From: Magnetospirillum sp. | GTDB taxonomy: Bacteria; Pseudomonadota; Alphaproteobacteria; Rhodospirillales; Magnetospirillaceae | Direction: 5' to 3' | DNA length: 57,999 bases | NCBI GenBank assembly: GCA_035298685.1 | Contig: DATGXU010000244.1 | Coordinates: 1 to 57,999, forward strand | Part shown: one piece after another, positions 1 to 21,693 of the stretch | Position numbering within the stretch: position 1 is the first letter of the stretch | How the letters are laid out: every line of letters begins with the position of its first letter | Notes under the pieces: model-generated | Databases searched by the model: none | The model's input: the letters and a program-made list of their open reading frames with translations, nothing else | Told to the model about the DNA's origin: nothing | Position numbers and translations under genes: made by a program

Positions 1-152
1 TCGATCTGGTCGTAGGCAGTGAAGGTGGCGCCGCCGGTCTCGGCCAGAACCTTGGTGATCGCCGCGGTCAACGAGGTCTTGCCATGGTCGACGTGACCGA
101 TGGTGCCAATGTTGCAGTGCGGCTTATTGCGCTCGAATTTCGCCTTAGCCAT
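1..152 (-). CDS. tuf: Elongation factor Tu, 5' part (runs off window)
   Basis: ATG at 152 encodes [26 protein letters not shown]; 150/152 nt identical to 19945..20096; follows fusA as in the str operon. Confidence 0.97.
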   Translation of the reverse strand, partial: MAKAKFERNKPHCNIGTIGHVDHGKTSLTAAITKVLAETGGATFTAYDQI

Positions 153-190
153 GTCTCTCTTACTCCGTCCTCGAATAAAGGTTCATCGAT

Positions 191-2269
191 TCAGCCGGCC
201 AGTCGCGCCCGCACTTCCTCGGCCACCGGGCCGGGGACGTCCGAGTAATGGTCGAAGACCATGCTGTACTGGGCACGGCCCTGCGACATCGAGCGCAGGG
301 TGTTCACATAGCCGAACATGGTGGCCAACGGAACCATGGCGGTGACGACGCGGGCTTGCCCGCGGGTCTCCATGGCGGTGACCTGGCCACGTCGGCCATT
401 CAGGTCCCCGATGATGCCGCCGAGGTAGTCGTCGGGAGTGACCACCTCGACCTTCATCACCGGTTCCAACAGCTTCGGACCGGCCTTGGCGAGGCTGTCG
501 CTGCAGGCGGCCCGGGAAGCAATCTCGAATGCCAGCGCCGACGAATCCACGTCGTTGGCGGCGCCGTCGGTAATGATCGCCCGCACGTCGACCACCGGGA
601 AACCGGCGACCACGCCGCCTTCCATGGCCGAGCGCAGGCCCTTTTCCACACCCGGCACGTATTCCTTGGGAATCGCCCCGGCGGGAGACTTGTTTTCCAC
701 CACCACCCCGGACCCGGTCGCGGCCGGCTCGACGGCGACGCGCACGCGGGCGTACTGGCCCACACCGCCGACCTGGCGGTTATGGACGTAGTCCACCTCG
801 GCGGCGCGGGTGATGGTTTCGCGATAGGCCACCTGGGGCTTGCCCACGTTGGCGTCGACCCGGAATTGCCGACGCAGGCGGTCGACGATGATTTCCAGAT
901 GCAGCTCGCCCATGCCGCGAATCACCGTCTGCCCGGTTTCCGCATCCACGGCGACGCGGAACGACGGGTCCTCGGCGGCGAGGTACGCCAGGGCACGGCC
1001 CAGCAGCTCGTGGTCGGCCTCGCTCTTGGGCTCGACGGCGATCTCGATCACCGGCTCGGGGAAATCCATGCTTTCCAGCACCACCGGCGCCTCGGGGGCG
1101 CACAGGGTGTCGCCGGTGCCGGTGTCTTCCAGGCCGGTGACGGCGACGATGTCGCCGGCACGGGCTTCGGCGATTTCCTCGCGCATGTTGGCATGCATCA
1201 ACAGCATGCGGCCCAATTCCTCGGGCCGATCCTTGGCGCTGTTCAGCACCTTGTCGCCGGTCCGCACGGTGCCGGAATAGACACGCAGGAAGGTCAGGTT
1301 GCCGGCCACCGGGTCGTGCAGCACCTTGAAGGCCAGCCCGGCGAAGGGGGCGTCGTCGTTGGCGGCACGGTCGATGTCGGCGGCCCGCCCGCCGGCGAAG
1401 CCCTTGACCGCGGTCAGGTCCAGTGGCGACGGCAGATAATCCACCACGGCGTCCAGCAGCGGCTGCACACCCTTGTTGCGGAACGAGGCCCCGCACAGCA
1501 CCGGCACGAACGCCATGGACAGCGTGCCCTTGCGGATGCAACGGCGCAGCGTGTCGAGGTCGGGCTCGGCACCGCCCAGATAGGTGGTCAGGGCGATGTC
1601 GTCCTGTTCGACGGCTGCCTCGATCAAGGTCTTGCGGGCTTCGGCGGCCTGCTCGGCAATATCGGGCGGAACGGGGACATCGAAGAACTCGGCGCCCAGC
1701 GTCTCGTCCTTCCACACCACCGCGACATTGCGCAGCAGGTCGATGATGCCAAGGAACTGACCGTCCTTGACATAAGGCAGCGCCAAAACCAGCGGGCTGG
1801 CGCCCAGGCGGTCGGCGATCATGGCGACGGTTCCGCCGAAATCGGCGCCGACGCGATCCATCTTGTTGATGAAACAGATGCGCGGCACGCCGTACTTGTC
1901 GGCCTGCCGCCACACCGTTTCGGACTGGGGCTCCACCCCGGCAACGCCATCGAACACCGCCACCGCGCCGTCAAGGACGCGCAACGACCGCTCCACCTCG
2001 ATGGTGAAATCGACGTGGCCGGGAGTATCGATGATGTTGACGCGATGGTCGCGCCAGAAGGCGGTAGTGGCCGCGGAAGTGATGGTGATGCCTCGCTCCT
2101 GCTCCTGCTCCATCCAGTCCATGGTCGCGGTGCCTTCATGCACCTCGCCCAGTCGATAGGACTTTCCGGTGTAGTACAGGATCCGCTCGGTCGTGGTCGT
2201 CTTACCGGCATCAATGTGAGCCATGATGCCGATATTACGATAACGATCGAGTGGCGTCAGACGAGCCAT
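191..2269 (-). CDS. fusA: Elongation factor G (divergent str-operon copy)
   Basis: [24 protein letters not shown] motifs; position after rpsG. Confidence 0.96.
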   Translation of the reverse strand: MARLTPLDRYRNIGIMAHIDAGKTTTTERILYYTGKSYRLGEVHEGTATMDWMEQEQERGITITSAATTAFWRDHRVNIIDTPGHVDFTIEVERSLRVLDGAVAVFDGVAGVEPQSETVWRQADKYGVPRICFINKMDRVGADFGGTVAMIADRLGASPLVLALPYVKDGQFLGIIDLLRNVAVVWKDETLGAEFFDVPVPPDIAEQAAEARKTLIEAAVEQDDIALTTYLGGAEPDLDTLRRCIRKGTLSMAFVPVLCGASFRNKGVQPLLDAVVDYLPSPLDLTAVKGFAGGRAADIDRAANDDAPFAGLAFKVLHDPVAGNLTFLRVYSGTVRTGDKVLNSAKDRPEELGRMLLMHANMREEIAEARAGDIVAVTGLEDTGTGDTLCAPEAPVVLESMDFPEPVIEIAVEPKSEADHELLGRALAYLAAEDPSFRVAVDAETGQTVIRGMGELHLEIIVDRLRRQFRVDANVGKPQVAYRETITRAAEVDYVHNRQVGGVGQYARVRVAVEPAATGSGVVVENKSPAGAIPKEYVPGVEKGLRSAMEGGVVAGFPVVDVRAIITDGAANDVDSSALAFEIASRAACSDSLAKAGPKLLEPVMKVEVVTPDDYLGGIIGDLNGRRGQVTAMETRGQARVVTAMVPLATMFGYVNTLRSMSQGRAQYSMVFDHYSDVPGPVAEEVRARLAG

Positions 2270-2294
2270 TGGGAACTCTCGCGGCCCCGACCTT

Positions 2295-2768
<474 letters not shown>

Positions 2769-2776
2769 CTAATACC

Positions 2777-3148
2777 TCACTTCGGACGCTTGGCGCCGTA
2801 CTTCGAACGACGCTGCTTACGGTCCTTCACACCCTGGGTATCCAGAGTGCCGCGGATGATGTGATAGCGGACACCGGGAAGATCCTTCACGCGGCCGCCA
2901 CGGATCATCACCACCGAGTGTTCCTGAAGGTTGTGACCTTCGCCCGGGATATAGCTGGTCACCTCGAAGCCGTTGGTCAGGCGCACACGAGCAACCTTAC
3001 GCAGCGCCGAGTTGGGCTTCTTCGGGGTGGTGGTGTAAACGCGGGTGCAAACACCACGCTTCTGCGGGCAGGCTTCCAAAGCCGGCACCTTGTTGCGCGC
3101 CGTCAAAGGCTGGCGCGGCTTACGGATCAATTGATTGATCGTGGGCAT
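2777..3148 (-). CDS. rpsL: 30S ribosomal protein S12
   Basis: MPTINQL...[13 protein letters not shown]...[10 protein letters not shown]. Confidence 0.99.
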   Translation of the reverse strand: MPTINQLIRKPRQPLTARNKVPALEACPQKRGVCTRVYTTTPKKPNSALRKVARVRLTNGFEVTSYIPGEGHNLQEHSVVMIRGGRVKDLPGVRYHIIRGTLDTQGVKDRKQRRSKYGAKRPK

Positions 3149-3490
3149 TCAGTCATTCCCTTCGGAAACGGGGTACGGATAACTAGAAAAAAACCCACTG
3201 GCGGGCATGCCACCGGGGCTTCCTTCGGGTTACGGCCGCCGACCCGTCCGGCGTTAGACAATTGGTTCAGGTTCCCGGAGCTTGGACGCAGGCACAAAGA
3301 GTCCCTGCACTCAGTCCCCCGAGAGCGCCGCATCCTATGTGGCCGCCCTCCCCCCGTCAAGAGAAAGAGTCGGAAAGGCTTGCGCGCGAACGGACCGGCG
3401 CGCGGCGGCACAAGGTTGGCGCGCATTGGCGATTTCGGTAACCATTTTCGTGCTATATGTAAGAGCACGCCAGCCTCGGAGCCTGCTCCC

Positions 3491-4477
3491 ATGACTACCT
3501 CCGCGACCACCCTCAGCGACGTCCCCACCATCCAACGGCCCGAACACAAGGTTGCGGCCCATATCCGCGACGCCGCCCAGGCCACCGGCGTGCCGTTCGA
3601 GTTCCTGTTGGCGCAGGCCAACCAGGAAAGCCGGCTGAACCCCGACGCCAAGAGCCGGCGGTCGTCGGCCATGGGGCTGTTCCAGTTCACCTCGGGGACC
3701 TGGATGGAAATGGTCAAGACCCACGGCGCCGAGCATGGACTCGACAAATACGCCGACGCCATCGTTCGCGGCGCGGATGGGCGCTGGACGGTGAAGGACA
3801 AGGAGCTGAAGAAGGAAATCCTGGACCTGCGCCGCGATCCCAAGCTGTCGGCGCTGATGGCGGCCGAATATGCCAAGGACAACGAGCAGGTTCTGGAATC
3901 CAAGCTTGGCCGCCAGGTGTCCACCCACGACCTTTATCTGGCGCACTTTCTTGGCGCCGGTGGTGCGCTCAAGGTTCTGCGGGGCCGCAACCAGCCCGAG
4001 GGCGACCAGCAGCCGTCGGAACTGGCCGGCGCGGCGCAGGCCAACCCGGAAGTGTTCATGGACCCGTCCTCGGGCGAGCAGCGTTCGCTGGATTCGGTCT
4101 ATGCCGCCGTGGAAAAGCGCTTCCGTCATGCCATGGCCGAGGCCAACCGCGTCGCCGGCCGCCTGCGCCCGCAGGTTGACCTTGCCGCCCTGAAGCCCGT
4201 CGCCCGTCCGGATGGCGAGGAGTTGGCCGCCGCCGACACCGTCGCCGCCGTCACCACTCCCACCCCCGCCACCGCCAAATCCCTGGCGGCGCTGAGCATG
4301 GCCGACATCCCGGCCTCCACCAGCGCCTTCCCGGCGCGCCTGCCGCCCCGCTCGCAACCGGCAGCCAGCGGAAACGGCCACAGCTTCCCGGTGCCGCTGC
4401 CGCCGCCGGTTACCGGCGCGCGCGCGGACGCGGCCTCGCTGGGTAGCCTGCTGTCGGCCAACGAGGACAAGGGCTGA
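3491..4477 (+). CDS. Lytic transglycosylase (SLT-domain) protein with Pro/Ala-rich tail
   Basis: AxQES catalytic Glu, SSAMGLFQF, LYLAHFLGAGGA motifs; start placed at ATG 3491 within the longer ORF. Confidence 0.8.
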   Translation: MTTSATTLSDVPTIQRPEHKVAAHIRDAAQATGVPFEFLLAQANQESRLNPDAKSRRSSAMGLFQFTSGTWMEMVKTHGAEHGLDKYADAIVRGADGRWTVKDKELKKEILDLRRDPKLSALMAAEYAKDNEQVLESKLGRQVSTHDLYLAHFLGAGGALKVLRGRNQPEGDQQPSELAGAAQANPEVFMDPSSGEQRSLDSVYAAVEKRFRHAMAEANRVAGRLRPQVDLAALKPVARPDGEELAAADTVAAVTTPTPATAKSLAALSMADIPASTSAFPARLPPRSQPAASGNGHSFPVPLPPPVTGARADAASLGSLLSANEDKG

Positions 4478-4498
4478 GGCCCCACCCACACCGAAAGT

Positions 4499-6169
4499 TC
4501 AATCGGCGCGGCGCTTGGGCAAGGTGAAGCGGAAGGTCGAGCCTTCGCCGGCACGGGAATCCACCCAAATCCGGCCGCCGTGCCGTTCGGCCACGCGCTG
4601 ACAGATGGCCAGGCCGATGCCGGTTCCCGGATAGCGGTCACGCGGGTGCAGGCGCTTGAACAGATCGAAGATCTGGCGGTGGTACTGCTGGTCGATGCCG
4701 ATGCCGTTGTCGCGCACGTAGAATTCCCACATGGCGCCCCGGTCCTCGTAGCCGATTTCCACCTCGGGCCGCACGTCGTCGCGGCGGTATTTCAGGGCGT
4801 TGGCGATCAGGTTCTGGAACAGGCTGCCCAACTGCGCGGCGTCGGCCTCGACCACCGGAAGCTGCCCCCTCACCTCCACCACCGCCCGCGCTTCGGCGAT
4901 CACCCCCTTGAGGTGGGTCAACGCCGTGCTGACCAGAATGCCCGCCTGCACGGGGACCAGCGTCAACTGGCCGGTGCCGATGCGGGAATAGGCCAACAAT
5001 TCGTTGATGATGGATTGCATGCGGCGGACGCCGTCGACGGTGTAGCCGATGAAGGCGTCGGCGTCGGGGTCCAGGCGTCCCTGATAGCGTCGCTGCAGCA
5101 ACTGCACATAGGACGCGATGTTGCGCAGGGGTTCCTTGAGGTCGTGGGACGCCACATAGGCGAATTGCTCGAGATCGGCGTTCGAGCGTTCCAGGTCGCG
5201 GTTGAGGTTCGCCAGGTCCTCGGTGGCCCGACGCTCACGCGCCAGTTCGCGCCACAGCAGCACGGCCAGTCCCAGCACGGTTGCCACCCCCAAGGCAACC
5301 AGCGCACCGGCCCGCAGCGAGCGGTTCCGCCAACTCTGCATGACGGCCTCGTCCGCCACCGCCACCCACACCACCAGCTTGCGGCCGGGGATGGCGCGGT
5401 ACGACATCACCCGTTCGATGGTGTCATAGGGCGAACGCCCCCATACCGTGCCCATGGGCGCGCTGGCGAGATGAGTGTAGAGGCCGGTCCCGCTGAAGTT
5501 CCGGCCGATATCCTCGGCCTTCATGGGCTGGCGGATGACCACGGCGCCGTCGAGCCGATAGGCGCCGAACGCCTGCCCGGGTCCCAGGTCCAGATCCTGA
5601 TAGTACTGCTTCGAATATTCGGAATTGACCAGCACCGCCGCCAAGCCGATGAAGGCCCCGGCGGAATTGGTCAGCCGGACGCTGACGGGAAAGGCAAAGG
5701 CCCGCGAGGCGTCGTCGAAGCCGACCTGGCCGATGAACGGCCCTTCGCGGGGCGCGGCAAACGCGGCCTTGACCCAATCCCGATCGGCGAAAGCGGTGCC
5801 GGCGGGATGGAAGTTGCGCCCGTCCACCACCAGCCGCCCGTCGGTGTCGAGCACATAGATATTGGCGACGAACGAGGGCGCGGTGGACAACTTGACCGCC
5901 TGCCGAGACGGCAAGTCGGACAGATTGCCGACGGCGGCACCATCGGCGATACGCTGCAATATTTGCTCGACCGTATCCAGGGTGCGGCCCGTGCGCTCCT
6001 CGACCACGCGCACCAAGTCGCGGGTACGCACCTCAAGACCCTGGCGCACACCCTTGAGGTCCTCGACAATGCACCCGCCGGCAACGGCAAGGCTCATGAC
6101 GACAAGCACGGTCGCCATGGCGATGATGAGCCCGTGAGGACCCAATACCCGCCGCCACGTAATGCCCAC
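4499..6169 (-). CDS. Membrane sensor histidine kinase (Cache-like periplasmic domain, HisKA, HATPase)
   Basis: Two hydrophobic segments, YVASHDLKEPL H-box, NLIANALKY, DNGIG, GTGIGL; GTG 6169 preceded by purine-rich RBS. Confidence 0.9.
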   Translation of the reverse strand: MGITWRRVLGPHGLIIAMATVLVVMSLAVAGGCIVEDLKGVRQGLEVRTRDLVRVVEERTGRTLDTVEQILQRIADGAAVGNLSDLPSRQAVKLSTAPSFVANIYVLDTDGRLVVDGRNFHPAGTAFADRDWVKAAFAAPREGPFIGQVGFDDASRAFAFPVSVRLTNSAGAFIGLAAVLVNSEYSKQYYQDLDLGPGQAFGAYRLDGAVVIRQPMKAEDIGRNFSGTGLYTHLASAPMGTVWGRSPYDTIERVMSYRAIPGRKLVVWVAVADEAVMQSWRNRSLRAGALVALGVATVLGLAVLLWRELARERRATEDLANLNRDLERSNADLEQFAYVASHDLKEPLRNIASYVQLLQRRYQGRLDPDADAFIGYTVDGVRRMQSIINELLAYSRIGTGQLTLVPVQAGILVSTALTHLKGVIAEARAVVEVRGQLPVVEADAAQLGSLFQNLIANALKYRRDDVRPEVEIGYEDRGAMWEFYVRDNGIGIDQQYHRQIFDLFKRLHPRDRYPGTGIGLAICQRVAERHGGRIWVDSRAGEGSTFRFTLPKRRAD

Positions 6170-6303
6170 GCGCCCCCCTTGATTTTCTCGTTCGATACGA
6201 TCGCGCGGCAGGCCACCCCCCTCGGCCAGCCTGGAATGATTAAATCGCGAAGCTTGCCGACGCACAAGCCATAAGCCGTCGGGATGCCCTGACACTTCCC
6301 GGC

Positions 6304-6341
6304 AAAAAGAAACCCCCCGCCGGTTGCCCGGCGGGGGGGTC
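6304..6341 (-). terminator. Rho-independent terminator after rpoC
   Basis: GC-rich inverted repeat ACCCCCCGCCGG/CCGGCGGGGGGGT followed by TTTCTTTTT on the minus strand. Confidence 0.85.
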
Positions 6342-6357
6342 TTGTCAGCGCACGGCC

Positions 6358-10860
<4,503 letters not shown>

Positions 10861-10928
10861 CTACTCCCGCGTGGACTCGGGTGCGGCGGAAGGAGAAATG
10901 CTCTCCTCCCGCCGAGTATAAAAGGGGC

Positions 10929-15110
<4,182 letters not shown>

Positions 15111-15423
15111 TGCCGCTCCTCGTCCTCATGTCGGTTTCGGTCCGAAGTCGACCCCGGACCCGGACAGACGACTGGCTTCGTCCGCCCTTGAAATCTTTCG
15201 TGGTGCCGCCTGTCGCACCCGGCGCAACCGCCCCTCTCGAGATGGGGCGTGCCAGCCAGGGCCGCGTCGGGCGGCGGTGCCGGATGCGGCGAACCGCCTC
15301 CGAAAGCCAGTCCCGACGGGCGTTGCCCGCCGGGGCTGTTTTACAAGCGCCATTGGGCCGGGACATGGCAGCGTTCTCCGCCACCACGCCCGGCCCTTGG
15401 CCGAATGGCTCGAAAAGCCTGGA

Positions 15424-15798
15424 TTACTTGACCTGCACCTTGGCGCCGGCCTCTTCCAGAACCTTCTTGATCTTCTCGGCCTCGTCCTTCGACACGCCTT
15501 CCTTGACGGTCTTCGGGGCGCCTTCGACCAGGTCCTTGGCTTCCTTCAGGCCCAGGCCGGTGATGGCGCGGACTTCCTTGATCACGTTGATCTTCTTGTC
15601 GCCGGCGTCGGTCAGGACCACGTCGAACTCGGTCTTCTCTTCAGCGGCCGGAGCAGCGGCGCCCGGGGCGGCGGCGGCAACGGCAACCGGAGCGGCGGCG
15701 GACACGCCCCACTTCTCTTCGAGCAGCTTGGACAGCTCGGCGGCTTCCAGAACGGTCAGGGCGGACAGCTCGTCAACGAGCTTAGCGAGATCAGCCAT
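15424..15798 (-). CDS. rplL: 50S ribosomal protein L7/L12
   Basis: EEKTEFDV...[24 protein letters not shown]. Confidence 0.99.
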   Translation of the reverse strand: MADLAKLVDELSALTVLEAAELSKLLEEKWGVSAAAPVAVAAAAPGAAAPAAEEKTEFDVVLTDAGDKKINVIKEVRAITGLGLKEAKDLVEGAPKTVKEGVSKDEAEKIKKVLEEAGAKVQVK

Positions 15799-15845
15799 TG
15801 TAAACTCCTAGATAATGCTTGAGATCTGGGTATTAAAGTCGGGCC

Positions 15846-16364
15846 TCACGCGGCCTCGTCCTTCTTCGCGTAGGCGCCAAGCACGCGGGCAACCTGCCCA
15901 GCGGGAGCCTGGAGAACGCCGGCGATACGGGTAGCCGGGGTCGAGATCATGCCGATCAGCTTGCCACGCAGCTCGTCCAGCGACGGCAGGGTGGCAAGGG
16001 CCTTGACGCCGTCCACGTCCAGCGACTGGCCGCCGAGCGATCCACCCAGGATCTTCAGCTTGTCGTTGGTCTTGGCGAAGTCGGCGGCGACCTTGGCGGC
16101 AGCGACCGGGTCCGCCGAAACGGCGATGGCGGTCGGGCCGACGAACAGGTCAGCGATGCTCTCGTAAGCGGTACCCTGAAGGGCGAGCTTGGTGAGACGA
16201 TTCTTGGTCACTTTGAAGCTGGCACCGGCCGCACGCATCTTGGTGCGGAGGTCGGTCATCTCGGCAACCGTCAGGCCCTTGTAATGGGCGACGACCACCA
16301 GACCGACGTCTCCGAACGTCTCATGCAGCGCACCGATCCACTCTTTCTTCTGTGTCCGGTCCAC
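15846..16364 (-). CDS. rplJ: 50S ribosomal protein L10
   Basis: GTG start with GGAG RBS; [31 protein letters not shown]. Confidence 0.97.
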   Translation of the reverse strand: MDRTQKKEWIGALHETFGDVGLVVVAHYKGLTVAEMTDLRTKMRAAGASFKVTKNRLTKLALQGTAYESIADLFVGPTAIAVSADPVAAAKVAADFAKTNDKLKILGGSLGGQSLDVDGVKALATLPSLDELRGKLIGMISTPATRIAGVLQAPAGQVARVLGAYAKKDEAA

Positions 16365-16543
16365 TTTCGTCTCCAACAAACACGTTGGGGTCCGTCCCGC
16401 CCTTGGGCGGTAGAAACCCCACCTTTTGCCCTCTGGCTTCCCCGGCCCCAGGGGGCCGGCGAAACCGGTGGCCTGTCCCAGAATCATCAAGCCATCTCGC
16501 CCGGGAGCCCCATGGGCCCAAGGGCGGCGAATGGTTTCATGTT

Positions 16544-16620
16544 CTGTCTGCGTAGGCGGGAACTTCCATCAAGCCTCGTCCCGGACAGGCCGGATCGAGG
16601 CACCTACGGTCTCGGACAGG
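16544..16620 (-). promoter_or_regulatory. L10 leader (autoregulatory RNA upstream of rplJ)
   Basis: Minus strand CTGTCCGAGACCGTAGG...CCTACGCAGACAG pairing in the rplA-rplJ spacer, typical of L10 leaders. Confidence 0.7.
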
Positions 16621-16693
16621 TCGGGGGCGCCCCCGAGGAGGTGCCCCCAAGTCGCCTCCCCCGAGGGGGAGGAGATTGGTCTAAGGCTAAGCC

Positions 16694-17386
16694 TTAGGCG
16701 CTCAGGCTGGCGATGTCCAGCTTGACGCCCGGGCCCATGGTCGAAGCAACCGACACCTTCTTGATGTAGGTGCCCTTGGCGCCCGACGGCTTGGCCTTGT
16801 TGATGGCGTCAACGAAGGCCTTGATGTTCTCGGCCAGCTTGGCGGCGTCGAACGAGGCTTTGCCGACACCGGCGTGCACGATACCGGCCTTTTCCACGCG
16901 GAACTGCACCTGACCGGCCTTGGCGGCGCGAACCGCTTCGGTGACGTTCGGGGTGACGGTGCCCAGCTTGGGGTTCGGCATCAGGTTGCGCGGGCCCAGG
17001 ACCTTACCCAGACGGCCCACCACACCCATCATGTCGGGGGTGGCGATGCAGCGGTCGAAGTCCATGAAGCCGCCCTGGATCTTCTCAGCCAGGTCTTCGG
17101 CGCCAACGATGTCGGCACCGGCCTTGCGAGCTTCCTCGGCCTTGTCGGCCTTGGCGAACACGGCCACGCGCACGGTCTTGCCGGTGCCGTTGGGCAGTTC
17201 GACCACGCCGCGGACCATCTGGTCGGCATGGCGGGGATCGACGCCCAGGTTCAGCGCGACCTCGATGGTCTCGTCGAACTTGGCCTTGGCGGCGCCCTTG
17301 ATCAGCGCGACGGCCTCGTCCAGCGAGTAGAACTTGTTGCGGTCGATATTGGCGTAACCCGCCTTCAGACGCTTTCCGATAGCCAT
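16694..17386 (-). CDS. rplA: 50S ribosomal protein L1
   Basis: [39 protein letters not shown]; start at ATG 17386. Confidence 0.98.
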   Translation of the reverse strand: MAIGKRLKAGYANIDRNKFYSLDEAVALIKGAAKAKFDETIEVALNLGVDPRHADQMVRGVVELPNGTGKTVRVAVFAKADKAEEARKAGADIVGAEDLAEKIQGGFMDFDRCIATPDMMGVVGRLGKVLGPRNLMPNPKLGTVTPNVTEAVRAAKAGQVQFRVEKAGIVHAGVGKASFDAAKLAENIKAFVDAINKAKPSGAKGTYIKKVSVASTMGPGVKLDIASLSA

Positions 17387-17390
17387 GGGA

Positions 17391-17822
17391 TTACTCCACC
17401 ACCTTGAGGCCCATGGACCGGGCCGAGCCGACGAGCATGCTGGCAGCCGCCTCAATGTCGTTGGCATTGAGATCGACCATCTTCTTGGCAGCGATCTCGC
17501 GGATCTGCTCCATGGTCACCTCGCCCACGGTACCGCCCTTGCCGGGGGTCTGCGAGCCCTTCTGCACCGCGGCGGCCTTCTTCAGGAAGTAGGTGACCGG
17601 GGGAGTCTTGGTGACGTAGGTGAAGGTACGGTCGGAATAGGCGGTAATCACCACCGGAATCGGCATGCCGGCTTCCAGCTGCTGAGTCGCCGCGTTGAAC
17701 GACTTGCAGAATTCCATGATGTTCAGGCCGCGCTGACCCAGCGCCGGACCGATCGGCGGCGACGGATTGGCCTTGCCGGCCGGCACCTGAAGCTTGATGT
17801 AACCAATGACTTTCTTTGCCAT
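17391..17822 (-). CDS. rplK: 50S ribosomal protein L11
   Basis: [21 protein letters not shown]. Confidence 0.99.
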   Translation of the reverse strand: MAKKVIGYIKLQVPAGKANPSPPIGPALGQRGLNIMEFCKSFNAATQQLEAGMPIPVVITAYSDRTFTYVTKTPPVTYFLKKAAAVQKGSQTPGKGGTVGEVTMEQIREIAAKKMVDLNANDIEAAASMLVGSARSMGLKVVE

Positions 17823-17958
17823 TTTTCCCTCTGGGGTTCAGAGTTGGCGGTTCGGCCATGGCCGGCCTTCCGCCCCAACAACCGACGGATTCCCGCCGGT
17901 AACGAAAACAGGGTTCGCCGCCGGAACCATCCGGCGGCGCCCCCTTTCAAACTTGGCC

Positions 17959-18492
17959 TCAGATCTTCTCGACCTGGGCGTATTCCAACTCGACCGGGGT
18001 CGAGCGGCCGAAGATCGACACCGCCACCTTGAGGCGGGCCTTTTCCTCGTCCACTTCCTCGACCAGGCCGTTGAACGAGGTGAAGGGGCCGTCGCAAACG
18101 CGAACCTGCTCGCCAACCTCGAAAACCACCGAGGGCTTCGGGCGTTCGACGCCCTCCTGCACCTGACGGATGATGCGTTCGGCCTCGCGCTCGGTGATCG
18201 GAACCGGACGGCCCTTGCCGCCCAGGAAGCCGGTCACCTTCGGCGTATTCTTGACCAGGTGCCAGGTGTCGTCGGTCAGGTCCATCTTCACCAGCACGTA
18301 GCCGGGGAAGAACTTGCGCTCGGCGTTGACCTTCGAACCGCGCCGGACCTCGACCACCTCTTCGGTGGGAACCAGCACCTGCTCGAACGCTTCGGCCATG
18401 CCCTTTTGCTCGGCCTGCTCGCGAATCGACTGCGCGACCTTCTTCTCGAAACCGGAATAGACGTGAATCACGTACCAGCGGGCGGTCGCCAT
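17959..18492 (-). CDS. nusG: Transcription termination/antitermination factor NusG
   Basis: [22 protein letters not shown] motif, [11 protein letters not shown]. Confidence 0.99.
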   Translation of the reverse strand: MATARWYVIHVYSGFEKKVAQSIREQAEQKGMAEAFEQVLVPTEEVVEVRRGSKVNAERKFFPGYVLVKMDLTDDTWHLVKNTPKVTGFLGGKGRPVPITEREAERIIRQVQEGVERPKPSVVFEVGEQVRVCDGPFTSFNGLVEEVDEEKARLKVAVSIFGRSTPVELEYAQVEKI

Positions 18493-18493
18493 C

Positions 18494-18694
18494 TCACCCT
18501 CCCAAGCCGAAGATCAGCTTGACGATCCAGGCGAACGCCTGGTCGACAAGCATGAAAAAGAGAGCGGCGATCACCACCATGACGAAAACCATCACGGTGC
18601 TGACCGTCGTTTCCTTGCGGCTGGGCCAGGTGACCTTGGCCACCTCCTGCCGGACCTGCTTGAAGAACTGGCCTGGAGACGTCTTTGCCATCAT
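18494..18694 (-). CDS. secE: Preprotein translocase subunit SecE
   Basis: [12 protein letters not shown] plus one TM helix, upstream of nusG. Confidence 0.97.
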   Translation of the reverse strand: MMAKTSPGQFFKQVRQEVAKVTWPSRKETTVSTVMVFVMVVIAALFFMLVDQAFAWIVKLIFGLGG

Positions 18695-18753
18695 TCTCTT
18701 GAACTTTACGCGCCGACGGCGCCCTAGGCTTGAAAGTGACCTTTAGATCGGCT

Positions 18754-18829
18754 TGGCAGGAGTGGAGGGGCTCGAACCCCCAACCCCCGGTTTTGGAGAC
18801 CGGTGCTCTACCAGTTGAGCTACACTCCT
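18754..18829 (-). tRNA. tRNA-Trp (CCA)
   Basis: 76-nt cloverleaf AGGAGTG...CTCCAAA...GTTCGAG...CCA. Confidence 0.97.
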
Positions 18830-18905
18830 GCAACCGATCCGCCGACCCCCGGGTCAGGGAGGCCGGCGTTGAGGTCGGACGTGGCCGGAGCCACGCCTTA
18901 TACAG

Positions 18906-20096
<1,191 letters not shown>

Positions 20097-20200
20097 TTTT
20101 CAACCCGTCTGCTCGGCGGCAATCTGCCGCGGTTCACGAAATGCGACGCAAGCGCCGCGCTGCCAAAAATTTCTCAGTCCGGCCGGACCGAGACGCGCTC

Positions 20201-20274
20201 TGGAGCGGGTGAGGGGAATCGAACCCCCGTCATCAGCTTGGAAGGCTGTTGCTCTACCATTGAGCTACACCCGC
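20201..20274 (-). tRNA. tRNA-Gly (TCC)
   Basis: 74-nt cloverleaf GCGGGTG...CTTCCAA...GTTCGAT...CCA. Confidence 0.97.
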
Positions 20275-20352
20275 CCTTAAGCGTCCGCTCCGGGACATTC
20301 GCCCCTCGGGCGGGACCCGAAACATCGTCGTCGCCCGGCCAGGAAAAGGTAA

Positions 20353-20438
20353 TGGTGGAGGGGGTTGGATTCGAACCAACGTAGACTATCGTCGGCAGAT
20401 TTACAGTCTGCTGCCATTGACCGCTCGGCCACCCCTCC
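20353..20438 (-). tRNA. tRNA-Tyr (GTA)
   Basis: 86 nt with long variable arm, anticodon loop CTGTAAA, CCA end. Confidence 0.97.
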
Positions 20439-20548
20439 ACGCCGTCGTCGCTTGGAAGCGTCGCGACGGGAGATGCGAAATATGAGAATTTTCGGCGGCT
20501 TGTCAACTCGAAAAGAGAAGGGTACTTCACGAAGATGGAGGTGCCCCC

Positions 20549-21439
20549 ATGGCAACGCGTGATTCCCGAGATAAAAACCGCGCCCAGCGCGATCATTCCC
20601 GCCCCTCGTCCGCCCGCTCGGGCCGGCCGGAAAACCCAAGGAACGAGCGGAGTTCCGAGCGGTCGCCCGAGCGCGGGCAACGCCCGCCCGGAAATCTTTT
20701 CTGGCTTTACGGCCAGCACGCGGTGGCGGCGGCGCTGGAAAACCCGAACAGAAAAATTCGCCGCCTCGCCCTGACGGCCGACGCCGCCCGCACCTGGTCC
20801 GAGGCCATCGAGCAGGCGCGCCGGCTGCGTCCGCTGCCCGGGGTGGACGTGGTGGAGAAAAGCGATCTCGAACGCCTGCTGCCGCCCGGGGCAGTGCACC
20901 AGGGCATCGGCGCCCTGTGCGAGCCCCTGCCCGCCCCCGCCATCGAAGACATCGCGCGCGTCGCCGCCGAGCGCCCCGACGCCGTGGTGATGGTGCTGGA
21001 CCAGGTGACCGACCCCCACAATGTGGGCGCCATCGTGCGATCCGCCGCAGCCTTCGGCGCCCTGGCGGTGGTGGTGCCCGACCGCCACGCCCCCGAGGAA
21101 ACCGGCGCCCTGGCCAAGGCCGCCTCGGGCGCGCTGGAACGCATGCCGCTGGTGCGGGTGACCAACGTGGTGCGCGCGCTTGGACAACTGAAGGAAGCGG
21201 GCTTCTGGGTGGCCGGCATGGCCGGCGAGGCAACCAGTTCGCTGGCCAGCCAAAAACTCTCCGGCCGCATCGCCCTGGTGATGGGAGCCGAAGGCGAAGG
21301 CCTGCGCCGCCTGACCCGCGAACATTGCGACTATTTGGTGAAACTGCCGATGACCGGCGCGGTCGAAAGCCTGAACGTCTCGAACGCCGCCGCCGTGGCG
21401 CTGTATGAACTGTTACGCGAAAAACTGGAGGGCGGCTGA
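20549..21439 (+). CDS. rlmB: 23S rRNA Gm2251 methyltransferase (SpoU family)
   Basis: LDQVTDPHNVGAIVRSA, VMGAEGEGL, VESLNVSNAAAV. Confidence 0.92.
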   Translation: MATRDSRDKNRAQRDHSRPSSARSGRPENPRNERSSERSPERGQRPPGNLFWLYGQHAVAAALENPNRKIRRLALTADAARTWSEAIEQARRLRPLPGVDVVEKSDLERLLPPGAVHQGIGALCEPLPAPAIEDIARVAAERPDAVVMVLDQVTDPHNVGAIVRSAAAFGALAVVVPDRHAPEETGALAKAASGALERMPLVRVTNVVRALGQLKEAGFWVAGMAGEATSSLASQKLSGRIALVMGAEGEGLRRLTREHCDYLVKLPMTGAVESLNVSNAAAVALYELLREKLEGG

Positions 21440-21503
21440 ACGGCGCACGCCGCTAAGGTCGCTTGCATAAGGCCAGACGGAACGCTAGGTTCCATCGGCG
21501 CGT

Positions 21504-21579
21504 GCCGGCTTAGCTCAGATGGTAGAGCACCTGATTTGTAATCAGGGGGTCGCGGGTTCGATCCCTGCAGCCGGCACCA
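21504..21579 (+). tRNA. tRNA-Thr (TGT)
   Basis: 76-nt cloverleaf GCCGGCT...TTTGTAA...GTTCGAT...CCA. Confidence 0.97.
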
Positions 21580-21693
21580 ACTTTTCAAGGGGTTAGCCAC
21601 CTTGCCCGGCAACCACGGGCACGGTGGCAACCACACAGCGACCACGGAAAATCGAGCGGGAGCGCTTTCGCCCCCTCCCCTGTGGCCGCAAGA

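Noticed and set aside
3491-6169. Transglycosylase and kinase genes between rpoC and rpsL as a possible mobile insertion
   Set aside because: No flanking repeats or mobility genes and host-like composition; treated as ordinary lineage-specific gene order.
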